Both the position numbers and the translations under genes were made by a program. A model generated the notes under the pieces. That model did not search any database, was not told where the DNA came from, and saw only the letters and a program-made list of their open reading frames with translations. Source: a virus (taxonomy: Duplodnaviria; Caudoviricetes). From it: a DNA stretch of 52,743 nucleotides. The DNA is taken from positions 1 to 52,743 of IMG/VR virus record IMGVR_UViG_3300036828_000508, one strand, 5' to 3'. Every line of letters begins with the position of its first letter. Position 1 is the first letter of the stretch. This document shows positions 1-9,035 of this stretch, one piece after another.

Positions 1-127
1 GGCTTACCCCGCCGATTGGGGACCGCATGAAGACACCGACCGCGTCGCCGATATCAGCCCCGGCCTGATGGACGCTCTGGGCATTGAAACCGATGACGAG
101 GTGCAGGTGATTTTCCCGGCGCCGTTC
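1..127. repeat. Terminal direct repeat (circular contig overlap), identical to 52617-52743
   Basis: First 127 nt match the last 127 nt; the ORF starting at 52351 reads through the junction. Confidence 0.95.
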
Positions 128-138
128 AATGGCTAGCC

Positions 139-351
139 ATGGACATCTGTACGCTGATCATCATCGCGGTGACCAGGACAACGGCGCCGTGTCACACGGT
201 TCGATCTTGCGAAGAGTGGAACGGCAAAAAGTACTGCACCAGTTCGCCAGTGCCATGCGCCCAGCCGCAGCCCTACTGGTCATGCGAGCGGCCAGACGGC
301 ACCGAATACACTGAGCCCTGGACGGCCGGCCCGAATACGGAGCGCCGCTAA
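139..351 (+). CDS. Small Cys-rich hypothetical protein
   Basis: 70-aa ORF with hydrophobic N-terminus; stop overlaps the amidase start (TAATG). Confidence 0.5.
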   Translation: MDICTLIIIAVTRTTAPCHTVRSCEEWNGKKYCTSSPVPCAQPQPYWSCERPDGTEYTEPWTAGPNTERR

Positions 352-902
352 TGCAAATTGTCATCTCGTCCGGGCACGGGAAATATGTGCGCGGCGCGTC
401 CTGCTATCTCGATGAAGTGGAGGAGTCTCGACGCGTGGTGGAAAAGGTCGCTGGATACCTGCGCTCGGTCGATGTCAACGTGACCACATTCCACGACGAC
501 GTCAGCGTTTCGCAGTCGGAAAATCTCAGCCGCATCGTCGATTTTCATAACAGCCAAACGCGCGATTTGGATATCGCTGTACATTTCAATGCTTACCAGA
601 CGACCGCGAAGCTGATGGGGACCGAATGCTTGTACGTAACGCAGCAGCAATTGGCCGAGGTTGTCGCCGATAAGATCAGCGAGGCCGGCAGATTGACCAA
701 TCGCGGCGCCAAGCTGCGCCAGGATCTCTATTTCCTGAACAACACCGAAGCGCCGGCGGTCCTGATCGAAGTCTGTTTCGTCGACAGCTCGGCCGACGTC
801 AATCTCTACACCGCAAACTTTGCCGCGATCTGTCGGGCGATTGCCGAGGCCATCAGCGGCGTCGAGATCCCGTCAGACCCGGAAGATCTGACGCTGTTAT
901 AA
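351..902 (+). CDS. N-acetylmuramoyl-L-alanine amidase (Amidase_3-type endolysin)
   Basis: SSGHG, E, VHFNA and VLIEVCFVDS zinc-amidase motifs. Confidence 0.9.
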   Translation: MQIVISSGHGKYVRGASCYLDEVEESRRVVEKVAGYLRSVDVNVTTFHDDVSVSQSENLSRIVDFHNSQTRDLDIAVHFNAYQTTAKLMGTECLYVTQQQLAEVVADKISEAGRLTNRGAKLRQDLYFLNNTEAPAVLIEVCFVDSSADVNLYTANFAAICRAIAEAISGVEIPSDPEDLTLL

Positions 903-936
903 CTGCGTCTGGTCCCGTGGCCGGCATGGCTTCGCC

Positions 937-1320
937 TTACTGGCGCGTCCATATATTGAGTTGACCTTGTTCGTTCTCTCTCATCCAAACTTCCCACAGC
1001 CCGTCCTCTCGGCCGCGCTTGTCTTCGCAAGCGAAATCCAACGCAAAAGCCTTCGGCCCCGCCTCGATGTTCGCAAGCAGGCAATGTTGATCCTTGGTAG
1101 TGATGCCGCCCGCTGATAGTTGGATGCCTTGGGGGCACTTGCCGCGTCGATACAATTCATCCTTCGCTCCGGCGATAGGACACCAGTCGCCATGAAACAC
1201 CTCCGGGATTTTGCCATGAAACTCCTTCGGGATCGCGGCGGAGATATCGGCGACGGCCGGGAGCGTCATCATTGCCAGTGCAAGGGCAGTTGCAATTCCG
1301 AGTGACACGTTAGTCTCCAT
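937..1320 (-). CDS. Secreted hypothetical protein
   Basis: Signal-peptide-like N-terminus (ALAMMTLPAVA), paired Cys. Confidence 0.6.
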   Translation of the reverse strand: METNVSLGIATALALAMMTLPAVADISAAIPKEFHGKIPEVFHGDWCPIAGAKDELYRRGKCPQGIQLSAGGITTKDQHCLLANIEAGPKAFALDFACEDKRGREDGLWEVWMRENEQGQLNIWTRQ

Positions 1321-1417
1321 TTTGCTGTAACTGACGACGGGCAGCCGGTCAGGCGCTAGTGTCCGGCCTTAGAGGGGACCGCCCGCATCTTGCGGTGCCG
1401 ACTTGACCGCCTCAATC

Positions 1418-1606
1418 TCACTTTACGCCCGCGGCCTGGAACTGTCTGATTAGGTTTTGCATCTCAGCCGGATCGGCCCCTATAGCCTCCGCTGCATGCC
1501 TCGTGGCGTTGATCTCCGATATGGAGTTGACGACGCTCACCCCGAGGACCGCGACCGGCATTAGAATGATGACGAGGATGATTGCCAGAATTTTCCCTAG
1601 TGACAC
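1418..1606 (-). CDS. Small membrane protein
   Basis: One N-terminal hydrophobic helix; GGAG upstream on the - strand. Confidence 0.55.
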   Translation of the reverse strand: MSLGKILAIILVIILMPVAVLGVSVVNSISEINATRHAAEAIGADPAEMQNLIRQFQAAGVK

Positions 1607-1800
1607 TTTAAATCTCCGTTTGGTTTGTGTGTCTGATATCTAGCGATCAATCTAAATCCAGCAAGATCGAGTATTTGGCATTGTCCGCCAAAGAGTTGCC
1701 ATTGGGCGCCATCTGCCAAAAACTTGTTATTTGAGGACACTGGCCACGAAGCGGATTACGCGGTAGCCTTCGTTGTTCGTCACCAGCCCTTCTTGATTTG

Positions 1801-1832
1801 GCCCGGCGGCTTGCTGACCGCCGGGCTTTTTT
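1801..1832 (+). terminator. Intrinsic terminator
   Basis: GCCCGGCGG / CCGCCGGGC stem followed by T6. Confidence 0.7.
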
Positions 1833-2172
1833 ATTGCCGCCGCCGATGTTCGTAGACGCACCGCCACTTGCGGCTATCGAGCCAGATCTTGCGGCCGCCG
1901 GTGTGGGCGCAGATATCGCTCGGTTGCGGCTTTGATTGCGGCGCTGCCGGTGCTGGCGGCGGCGGTTCTGGTGGCTTTGCCGGCGGGGGTTCCATGGCAA
2001 CGATCGGCGGCGCGAGGATCGGCGGCCGGTTCATCGGCACGACGCTGATCGCTGGCGCCTCGTCGCGCGGCGCGCGATCGGCTTTGTCGGCGCCGCCGGA
2101 AAAGACCACCGTCAGCAGCGCGATTGCGACAATGGCGAGAGCTGCCGCCGCTGCGGCCTGAAGGCGGGTCAT
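1831..2172 (-). CDS. Membrane-anchored proline-rich protein
   Basis: Probable start MTRLQ; transmembrane helix, Pro-rich linker, C-terminal Cys pair. Confidence 0.55.
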   Translation of the reverse strand: MTRLQAAAAAALAIVAIALLTVVFSGGADKADRAPRDEAPAISVVPMNRPPILAPPIVAMEPPPAKPPEPPPPAPAAPQSKPQPSDICAHTGGRKIWLDSRKWRCVYEHRRRQ

Positions 2173-2363
2173 GTCACAACCTCGATCGCCTCTGCGGCGC
2201 ATACGTCGCAAAACCACGCGCATGCGCCTTCGTCGTTGAACATCATGAGCGGATCGGCGTCGTTGGGAATGATGGTGTAACAGAGCGAGCACAGCGGCAG
2301 TTGCGAATCCGGACGCGACCAGACCATGCGGGCAGCAAATTTTGGTTTTATTCTTAGCTTCAT
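2169..2363 (-). CDS. Small putative zinc-binding protein
   Basis: CSLC and CDVC motifs; overlaps both neighbours by 4 nt. Confidence 0.5.
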   Translation of the reverse strand: MKLRIKPKFAARMVWSRPDSQLPLCSLCYTIIPNDADPLMMFNDEGACAWFCDVCAAEAIEVVT

Positions 2364-2632
2364 TCTTCTTCCGGCGTGCTCGGCATCATTTTCCAGCGCG
2401 GTTGAAATTGCGCGCGCGGTAGCGGCGTGCCCTCCGGCGCCAAAAGCTGCCCGACGGGACAATGCAGCGCCAGTGCCAAATCAACCAGCCGCGCGATTGA
2501 CAGCGCGACTTGGCCGCTTTCCCATCGCGACACCGTTGCGTTGGTGACGCCGAGCGCCACGGCGAGCTCGGCTTGCGACATTCTCCGGTGCTTGCGTATT
2601 GCGGCAACGCGTTGCCCGACACCGTTCCCCAT
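2360..2632 (-). CDS. XRE/Cro-family HTH regulator
   Basis: MSQAELAVALGVTNATVSRWESG helix-turn-helix. Confidence 0.85.
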   Translation of the reverse strand: MGNGVGQRVAAIRKHRRMSQAELAVALGVTNATVSRWESGQVALSIARLVDLALALHCPVGQLLAPEGTPLPRAQFQPRWKMMPSTPEEE

Positions 2633-2758
2633 TGTGTCGCCCCCCGATTGTGTCGCCCCACAACCGTCAAAGCTTTTAATAGCCGGCAGAACACCGGCTA
2701 GAGCTGGTTATTCTCATGAACTATGGGCTGTGGTACTATAGTTTTGCAAGGGGGGAAA

Positions 2759-2974
2759 ATGCGCCCCTCGATGTCGCTCGGAAAGACCATCAGGCAATTG
2801 CGGCTGGCGGCTAGGCTGTCGCAGGAGAAGCTTGGCGAGCGCGCCGATCTGCACCCGACCTATATCAGCCTGCTTGAGCGCGATCGTAAATCGCCGACCG
2901 TTACGACGCTGCGGCGGCTGGCCAAGGCGCTTGGCACCACGCCGAGCCAGATCCTGCGGTCGCTCGAATGCTGA
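2759..2974 (+). CDS. XRE-family HTH regulator (controller-protein-like)
   Basis: LSQEKLGERADLHPTYISLLERDRKSPTVTTL; G-rich RBS before ATG 2759. Confidence 0.85.
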   Translation: MRPSMSLGKTIRQLRLAARLSQEKLGERADLHPTYISLLERDRKSPTVTTLRRLAKALGTTPSQILRSLEC

Positions 2975-3029
2975 TTTTTGCTGCCTACTATAATGTAGTG
3001 CCGTAAGACGCCTGTAATAGCGCGTAAGG

Positions 3030-3243
3030 CCTTCCAAACGCCTCCCAAATCCTTCCCAAACCCTAAAAACCCCAATAAATCGGCCTAAACTGGCGCTTTA
3101 TCTTCTTTCGCCGCAAGAGATAATCTCTAGCAGAACCGAGTAGGTTACAGCAGAAGCCCTTGCGCCATGCGGGTTTCTCCCTTACGTTCGGGCTAGCGAA
3201 ACCGGGCGTCGGGGCCTCCCAGCCTCCCAAACGCCTCCCAAAA
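3030..3243. other. Putative attP region with arm-type repeats
   Basis: Two clusters of (G)CCTCCCAAA-like repeats (about 3030-3075 and 3214-3243) directly upstream of the integrase. Confidence 0.5.
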
Positions 3244-4506
3244 ATGGAGCTGATCTCTATGCGTGCCCCGCTGCCGCTCACCGTTAGATCAATCGAAGGG
3301 CTCGACCTGCTGCCCGAGGAACGCGACGCCTGGATATGGGACTCCGACAGCGGCCAGCGCTCGGGCCTCGGCCTGCGGCTGCGCCGGGGCAAAGCCGGCG
3401 TTTCCAAAACCTTCTATGCGGCCTATCGCTTTGGCGGCCAGGATCGCCGCGATCCGATCGGCGACGTCTCAGCCTATACGCTGGCCGACGCCCGTCACCG
3501 TGCCTACGAGCACCGCCGCGCCGCGGCCGACGGCAACGATCCGCGCGAGGCCAAGGCGGCCAAGGTTCGCAATGCGATCAAGGCCTCGGGCTGCCCGATC
3601 TTTGCCGACTACACGACACACTATTTGGCGCGGCGCAAAGGCGACCTGCGGCCGAATACCTTTCACTGCCGCACGCGCTATCTGACGCTCGAATACTGTG
3701 CGCCGCTCCACAAGCTGCGGCTCGACCAAATCGACAAGGCCATGATCGCCAGTCGATTGAACTTCCTCGAAGACACCGGCATTGCCAAGGCGAGCGTCAA
3801 TGTCGCCAAATGCGTTCGCATTGCCCTGATCGATTTGTTCAAACTCGCGACCTCCGAGGGCCTCATCGAAATCAATCCAGCGCAGGGTACTCCGCAGCGC
3901 CCCGCGCCCGAGCCTCGCAAGCGAACATTGAGTGACGTCGAACTCGCCGCGCTGTGGAACGCGACCGGCGACGACGGCGAGTTTTCCAAGATCGTGCGCT
4001 TGCTGATCTTGCTCGGTGCCCGTCGTAACGAGATCGGCGGTATGGCCTGGTCGGAATTCGACGGCCTTGGCAATTGGACGCTGCCCGAGCATCGCAGCAA
4101 AACCGGCAACGAGCTACGGCTGCCGCTGTCGCCCGCTGCGCGCGAGATTATCAATTCGATTGAACGACGCGACCGCCGCGATTGCCTGTTTGGCGGCAGC
4201 AACGGCTTTTCGCAGTGGAGTGGCGCCAAAAAGAAGCTCGATGCGCGGCTGCCGCTCGTCAAAAGTTGGACGCTGCACGATCTGCGCCGATCGATGATCA
4301 CGAGCATGCACGAACTCAACATCGAGCCGCATATCATCCGGGCGATCGTCAATCATTCGCGCGGCGATGACGTTCACGGCAAGCATTACAACCATGCGAC
4401 TTACATGCCGCAGAAGGCGACCGCGTTGCAGCGCTGGGCCGACCATGTTCAGGCCCTTGCCGATGGTAAGCCCTCCAACGTCGTGCCACTGAGGCCCGTG
4501 GCATGA
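3244..4506 (+). CDS. int: Tyrosine integrase with N-terminal arm-binding domain
   Basis: GARRNE, HDLRRS, NHS and HYN catalytic R-H-R-H-Y set; start is ATG 3244 or 3259. Confidence 0.93.
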   Translation: MELISMRAPLPLTVRSIEGLDLLPEERDAWIWDSDSGQRSGLGLRLRRGKAGVSKTFYAAYRFGGQDRRDPIGDVSAYTLADARHRAYEHRRAAADGNDPREAKAAKVRNAIKASGCPIFADYTTHYLARRKGDLRPNTFHCRTRYLTLEYCAPLHKLRLDQIDKAMIASRLNFLEDTGIAKASVNVAKCVRIALIDLFKLATSEGLIEINPAQGTPQRPAPEPRKRTLSDVELAALWNATGDDGEFSKIVRLLILLGARRNEIGGMAWSEFDGLGNWTLPEHRSKTGNELRLPLSPAAREIINSIERRDRRDCLFGGSNGFSQWSGAKKKLDARLPLVKSWTLHDLRRSMITSMHELNIEPHIIRAIVNHSRGDDVHGKHYNHATYMPQKATALQRWADHVQALADGKPSNVVPLRPVA

Positions 4507-4653
4507 CGCCGCGCAACCTCGCGGTCGTCGTCGCCGGCGTCGCTGCGCTATTCGCCGCCCTCGGCGGCTTGGCCGGATACAAGTTCGGACAATCATCGCC
4601 GACGCCCATCGTTATTCAGGTTCCGGCCCCGACAGCACAAGCCAAGTAAACAC

Positions 4654-5319
4654 ATGGACATCGCTCGATTGATCTACGAAAAGGGCCTGCGGGTCGGACC
4701 AGACCCGGCCGGTCACTACGTCTACCTTTGGAGCCACGACGGCGTCGCCCGCTACGTTGGCCGAGGCAGGGAAAATGCTCGAGGCCGGCCGCGCTGGCTG
4801 GCTCACGCCACACCCAAGGTCAACGCTTCCAACCAACCGTGGCGGCTATATTCCGAGAAGCACGTTCGCGAAATGTCGTGCTCGATCGTGGCCGAAGGGC
4901 GCGACGACGAGAGCGCGGCTGCGGACATCGAGGCGGCCGAGATTGCCCGCCACGGCTTGCTCAAAGATGAGACCGGAACGCTTCTCAACGACAAACGCGG
5001 CTCGGCCTTCTATGGCCGGGTCGGGAAGGGCCAGCGCACCTCAACCTACCCTGGCCATCAGGAATGGGTGAAGATCCGGAACGCGGGCCGCTTCCCGCTG
5101 GACGCGGTGTTGCGGCGGGTCGTTCACGGCAATCCCAAGAAGCCGGGTTCGCCGGGCGCGGCTTACATCGAACTGTATCCGCAGCCGGGCGAGACCATCA
5201 TCGTGCGCGAGATATATGAGCGCGGCCGGGCGAAGGGCTTAACCGATGCCCAGCAGCACAATCATCTCTCCTGGGATTTGTTGCACGGCTTCATCGAAAT
5301 CGTGAAGCCCGCGCCATGA
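4654..5319 (+). CDS. GIY-YIG-like nuclease domain protein
   Basis: YVYLW...RYVGRG...RW.AH, conserved E (DIEAAEI) and LLN. Confidence 0.65.
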   Translation: MDIARLIYEKGLRVGPDPAGHYVYLWSHDGVARYVGRGRENARGRPRWLAHATPKVNASNQPWRLYSEKHVREMSCSIVAEGRDDESAAADIEAAEIARHGLLKDETGTLLNDKRGSAFYGRVGKGQRTSTYPGHQEWVKIRNAGRFPLDAVLRRVVHGNPKKPGSPGAAYIELYPQPGETIIVREIYERGRAKGLTDAQQHNHLSWDLLHGFIEIVKPAP

Positions 5320-5389
5320 GCGTTCGCAAACTGCGCTACATCGACAAGCTGAAAGGCGCCGGCATTGGCAATGGGTTAGGAGAGCGAGC

Positions 5390-5572
5390 ATGAAGCACAT
5401 TTGTTTGATCATGGTCGTGCTGGCGTTTGGCGTCGGCACGGCGGACGCCCAGCAGCAGCGGACATTCTATGATGCTAACGGCCGCGTCACCGGTCGCGCT
5501 GCAACCGATTCGCAGGGCACGACGACGTACTACGACTCGCGCGGCAACGTCGTCGGCCGATCCTCAAAATAA
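5390..5572 (+). CDS. Small secreted protein
   Basis: Signal peptide (ADA); two YD..G.V.GR repeats; AGGAG RBS. Confidence 0.6.
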   Translation: MKHICLIMVVLAFGVGTADAQQQRTFYDANGRVTGRAATDSQGTTTYYDSRGNVVGRSSK

Positions 5573-5592
5573 CTGCTTATGAAACGGCCACC

Positions 5593-5775
5593 TTATAACA
5601 ACTCCGGCTTATCGAACGGCGCGGCCCACATATCAAACCATTTGCCTTCGATCCTGCGTCGATAGTCGTCGGCAATTTCTTGCATGATCGCAATCTCGCG
5701 GTCGTCATCGCTTATGCTGCGCCGCAACGCCAGCTCGCGCTCGACGCATTTTAGTTTGGTCGCCGCGTCAAACAT
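5593..5775 (-). CDS. Hypothetical phage protein
   Basis: KLKCVERELALRR ORF overlapping the end of the upstream gene. Confidence 0.5.
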   Translation of the reverse strand: MFDAATKLKCVERELALRRSISDDDREIAIMQEIADDYRRRIEGKWFDMWAAPFDKPELL

Positions 5776-6346
5776 TAGAGTCGGCCCTTTCGTCATTGGG
5801 ATCTGCCGGTTGCTTCGGCGCGCGGCGGCGCGTTGCATCGGCCGCGAGCTGGTCGATCTCATCACGCATCGCGTCGATGGCACCGTTGAGATGCGGAAGC
5901 GACCGGCCGAGAGTCAGCACGGCCAAATATTTCGCGACGAAGCTTTCCAGTTCGTGTTTGGCCCGCTCAATGACCTGCACTCGCAAGTCCCGATCGCCCA
6001 TAATGCGGCGGCGCGTGACATAGCCGCGGTGATCGTCCGGAGTCCTGACCGAATAAAACGCGCGGTCAGATACTGTCGGATTGTTCCTCACCTCGACGTG
6101 AACAATCCGAAGGCGGTTGACGAAATGCCGCGCCTGGTCGAGCCGGTAAAGGTGCGCCGCATGCTTCTCGTTCCAGTCGAATAAATCATGACACGGATGC
6201 GAACGATTCCGCGCTTGCTCGACAATCTTCTCTGTCGCCACCGCGGAAGGATCGGCACCATCCGCAAGCTGCTCGATAAAGTCGCCAAAGATCTGCGCTT
6301 CGATCGCAGGCGCCGGGCCGCCTAATCTCCATTGATAGATCGTCAT
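5768..6346 (-). CDS. Hypothetical protein, candidate accessory factor of the RAMP/array locus
   Basis: IVEQARNRSHPCHDLFDWNEKHAAHLYRLDQAR motif; GGAG RBS; starts about 30 nt after the array ends. Confidence 0.75.
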   Translation of the reverse strand: MTIYQWRLGGPAPAIEAQIFGDFIEQLADGADPSAVATEKIVEQARNRSHPCHDLFDWNEKHAAHLYRLDQARHFVNRLRIVHVEVRNNPTVSDRAFYSVRTPDDHRGYVTRRRIMGDRDLRVQVIERAKHELESFVAKYLAVLTLGRSLPHLNGAIDAMRDEIDQLAADATRRRAPKQPADPNDERADSNV

Positions 6347-6377
6347 TTCCGCTGCTCCGTTGTTTGATCAAAAAAGG

Positions 6378-8160
6378 TCCTGCCGTTCCACTGCCCGCCG
6401 CTGCCAGCCGGTGCCAGCCTTGCCGATGCTGGCCATTCCGTTCCTGCCAATCCATTCCTGCCGTTCCGCTGCTGGCCTGTGCCCGCCGTTGCAGGCCACT
6501 GCACGCCTTGCCATTCCTGCCGCTCCATTCCGCTCCTGCCACTCCGATGCTTGCCGATGCCAGCCTCGCCAATGCCCGCCTCGCCGCTCCTGCCGTTCCA
6601 TTGCTGTGCCGTGCCTGCCATGCCGCGCCAGTGCGCGCCTCTCCTGCCATTCCGTTGCTTGTCGTGCCGATGCTTGCCCTTGCGGGCCATTGCTTGCCAC
6701 TGCACGCCTTGCCATTCCTGCCGTTCCAATGCCGGCCGGTGCGTGCCCATGCTTGCCAAGCCAATGCTCGCCGCTCCTGCCATTCCGATGCCAGCCATGC
6801 CATTGCTGTGCGTGCCGATGCTTGCCGATCCACTCCTGCCGTTCCATTGCCGGCCGGTGCTTGCCGTGCCTGTGCACGCCGCTGCCCGCCAAGCCACTCC
6901 TGCCATTCCTATGCCAGCCGCGCCGATGCGTGCCCGTGCACGCCGTTGCTAGCCACTGCTCGCCGAGCCCATCCTGCCGCTCCAATGCTCGCCAGTGCGT
7001 GCCGCGCCGGTGCTTGCCACTGCCCGCCAGACCATTCCTGCCATTCCATTGCTTGCCGATGCCTGCCGTTGCTTGCCGTTGCGAGCCTCTGCCTGCCACT
7101 GCGCGCCATGCCACTCCTGCCGTTCCACGCCGGTGCATGCCCGTGCGTGCCAGTGCCTGCCGAGCCGGTGCATGCCGCGCCGCTCCTGCCATTCCGATGC
7201 TCGCCGCGCCGTTGCTGTGCGATGCTTGCCATTGCAGGCCACTGCGCGCCTCGCCTTGCCACTCCTGCCGTTCCAATGCCTGCCGCTCCAATGCGCGCCT
7301 ATGCCCGCCGCTCCGTTGCTCGCCGATCCACTCCTGCCGATCCGATCCGGTGCTCGCCATTGCCCGCCGCTGCTTGCCATGCCGCTCCTGCCATTCCAAT
7401 GCGCGCCGATGCTGTGCGGGCCATTGCGGGCCATTGCCGGCCGTTGCCCGCCGCGCCCATGCGTGCCGCTGCATGCCATTCCTGCCGTTCCAATCCGTGG
7501 CGAGCCACGCCACGCCGCGCCGCGCCTATGCTTGCCCTGCCATTCCTGCCAATCCGATGCCCGCCACTGCTTGCCCTGCCATTCCGATGCGAGCCGGTGC
7601 GAGCCAGTGCTTGCCCTGCCGTTCCTGCCATTCCATTGCTGTGCGTTGCCTGCCGATACGTGCCGATCCGGTGCGAGCCGATCCGGTGCGAGCCTCGCCA
7701 TTCCTGCCGTTCCATTGCCCGCCAGGCCATTCCATTGCTCGCCGCGCCAATGCCAGCCCTTCCTTTGCCAGCCGGTCCACTCCTGCCATTCCACTGCCTG
7801 CCGGTGCCTGCCAATGCGATGCTTGCCTCGCCACGCCATGCCCAACCGCTCCTGCCATTCCGATGCGCCGTTCCATTCCTGCCGCGCCAGTGCTTGCCAC
7901 TGCCCGCCACTGCCTGCCGAGCCATTCCTGCCGCTCCAATGCCTGCCTATGCGGGCCCGGCCGATGCCTGCCGGTGCGTGCCATTGCCAGCCTTGCCATT
8001 CCTGCCACTCCGATGCGCGCCGCGCCGCTGCATGCCGGTGCGTGCCAGTGCGCGCCAATGCTTGCCTTGCCTCGCCACTCCTGCCATTCCAATGCCCGCC
8101 ATTGCATGCCGCTGCCAGCCAATGCTTTGCTCGCCACGCCAATGCCTTCCATTCCATTCC
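6378..8160 (-). ncRNA. Pentamer-periodic (GGC/GCA/GGA)-NN repeat array, about 28 units; candidate guide-RNA array
   Basis: + strand parses as GCC/TGC/TCC + NN; 28 TCCTGCC delimiters counted by eye, 26 of 27 spacings equal 5n+4. RNA status is inferred. Confidence 0.8.
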
Positions 8161-8161
8161 G

Positions 8162-8199
8162 GCGCGGCCGTGAAGCAAACAAACACTTCACGGCCGCGC
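8162..8199 (-). promoter_or_regulatory. Perfect 14-bp hairpin leader between the RAMP gene and the array
   Basis: GCGCGGCCGTGAAG-N10-CTTCACGGCCGCGC. Confidence 0.75.
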
Positions 8200-8211
8200 A
8201 AACCCTTCAAC

Positions 8212-8973
8212 CTATTCGGCCGCGATCAACTCCGCCGCATCAAACAATTTTCCATCTTCGAATTGCTCGATCTCTGCCGCCGTTGCGAGACGCCAAGTTC
8301 CAAAAGTTCCGGATTTGCTTTCTTTGCTACCAGGGCGCCATTCGCACAGCCCCTCGATGTGTCCCGCGATCGCGATGCCTTGCAAAAGTTGAGAGGGCGA
8401 GATCATGGATGGTAAAAATTGAATGCCGACCAACACCCCCCACGGCCAAAATTCGGGACGGTGGCGAATATCGACGACGCCGCTCGCATTGCGCACCACG
8501 TCTGTTCGCATGCGGGGATTGTCTTTGGTGGTGATAATGCGGACGAGATTTGTTGCTAAGTCGTCAGGATGAACACGTAGGCTCTTGGCGGTTCTCAGCG
8601 TCACCCCGCTCCCTTTAGGAAAACCGCAGGAGAATGCCGCCTTGATGCCGCCTGCCGGAATTCCATCGGAGCCGTCCGAGAGCCGGTAACGAGCCGCCTG
8701 GAAATTTGCTTCCGGGTCTTTCGGGTCGCGGCCTTCGCTCGCCTTCCCCATGTGTTTGTCCAAAATCGAATGGATCAACTTGCTGCTAAATTTGTGTGTG
8801 ATGACCGGCGATGTTCCGATCAGCAGCGTCGTCATGCTCAAAGTCTTGACGCCCGGGATCGTCATGATGCCGGTCTTGCTGGTGTTGATTGCCGTCTTCG
8901 GCGGTGCCTCGACCGCGGTTTCGATCTTCGCCTTTGCCTTGGCAACCGTCTTGGTCTTCGTTTTCTCAAGCAT
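8212..8973 (-). CDS. Stand-alone Cas7-like RAMP-superfamily protein
   Basis: First strand LIGTSPVITH, GIPAGGIKAA helix, HRPEFWPW, and C-terminal glycine-rich loop GHIEGLCEWRP...GTFGTW. Confidence 0.75.
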   Translation of the reverse strand: MLEKTKTKTVAKAKAKIETAVEAPPKTAINTSKTGIMTIPGVKTLSMTTLLIGTSPVITHKFSSKLIHSILDKHMGKASEGRDPKDPEANFQAARYRLSDGSDGIPAGGIKAAFSCGFPKGSGVTLRTAKSLRVHPDDLATNLVRIITTKDNPRMRTDVVRNASGVVDIRHRPEFWPWGVLVGIQFLPSMISPSQLLQGIAIAGHIEGLCEWRPGSKESKSGTFGTWRLATAAEIEQFEDGKLFDAAELIAAE

Positions 8974-9035
8974 GGGCTTTGGTCCTTGTGGTTTTACGCC
9001 AGCGCCGGGATGGTGCTGGCGGCGCAGTTTGAAGG

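Noticed and set aside
1-127. Biological terminal repeat of the virion DNA
   Set aside because: Falls inside a gene and its length matches a common assembler k-mer; HNH plus terminase type suggests cos ends near terS
2975-3243. tRNA gene or tRNA-derived att core
   Set aside because: No cloverleaf or recognisable tRNA 3' end; the core could not be identified
6378-8160. Canonical CRISPR array
   Set aside because: No 25-45 nt identical repeats with unique spacers; variation is interleaved every 5 nt
6186-8534. Long overlapping ORFs in all six frames (up to 724 aa) across the array
   Set aside because: The repeat alphabet rarely makes stop codons; a 5-nt period does not fit codon structure; translations are low-complexity
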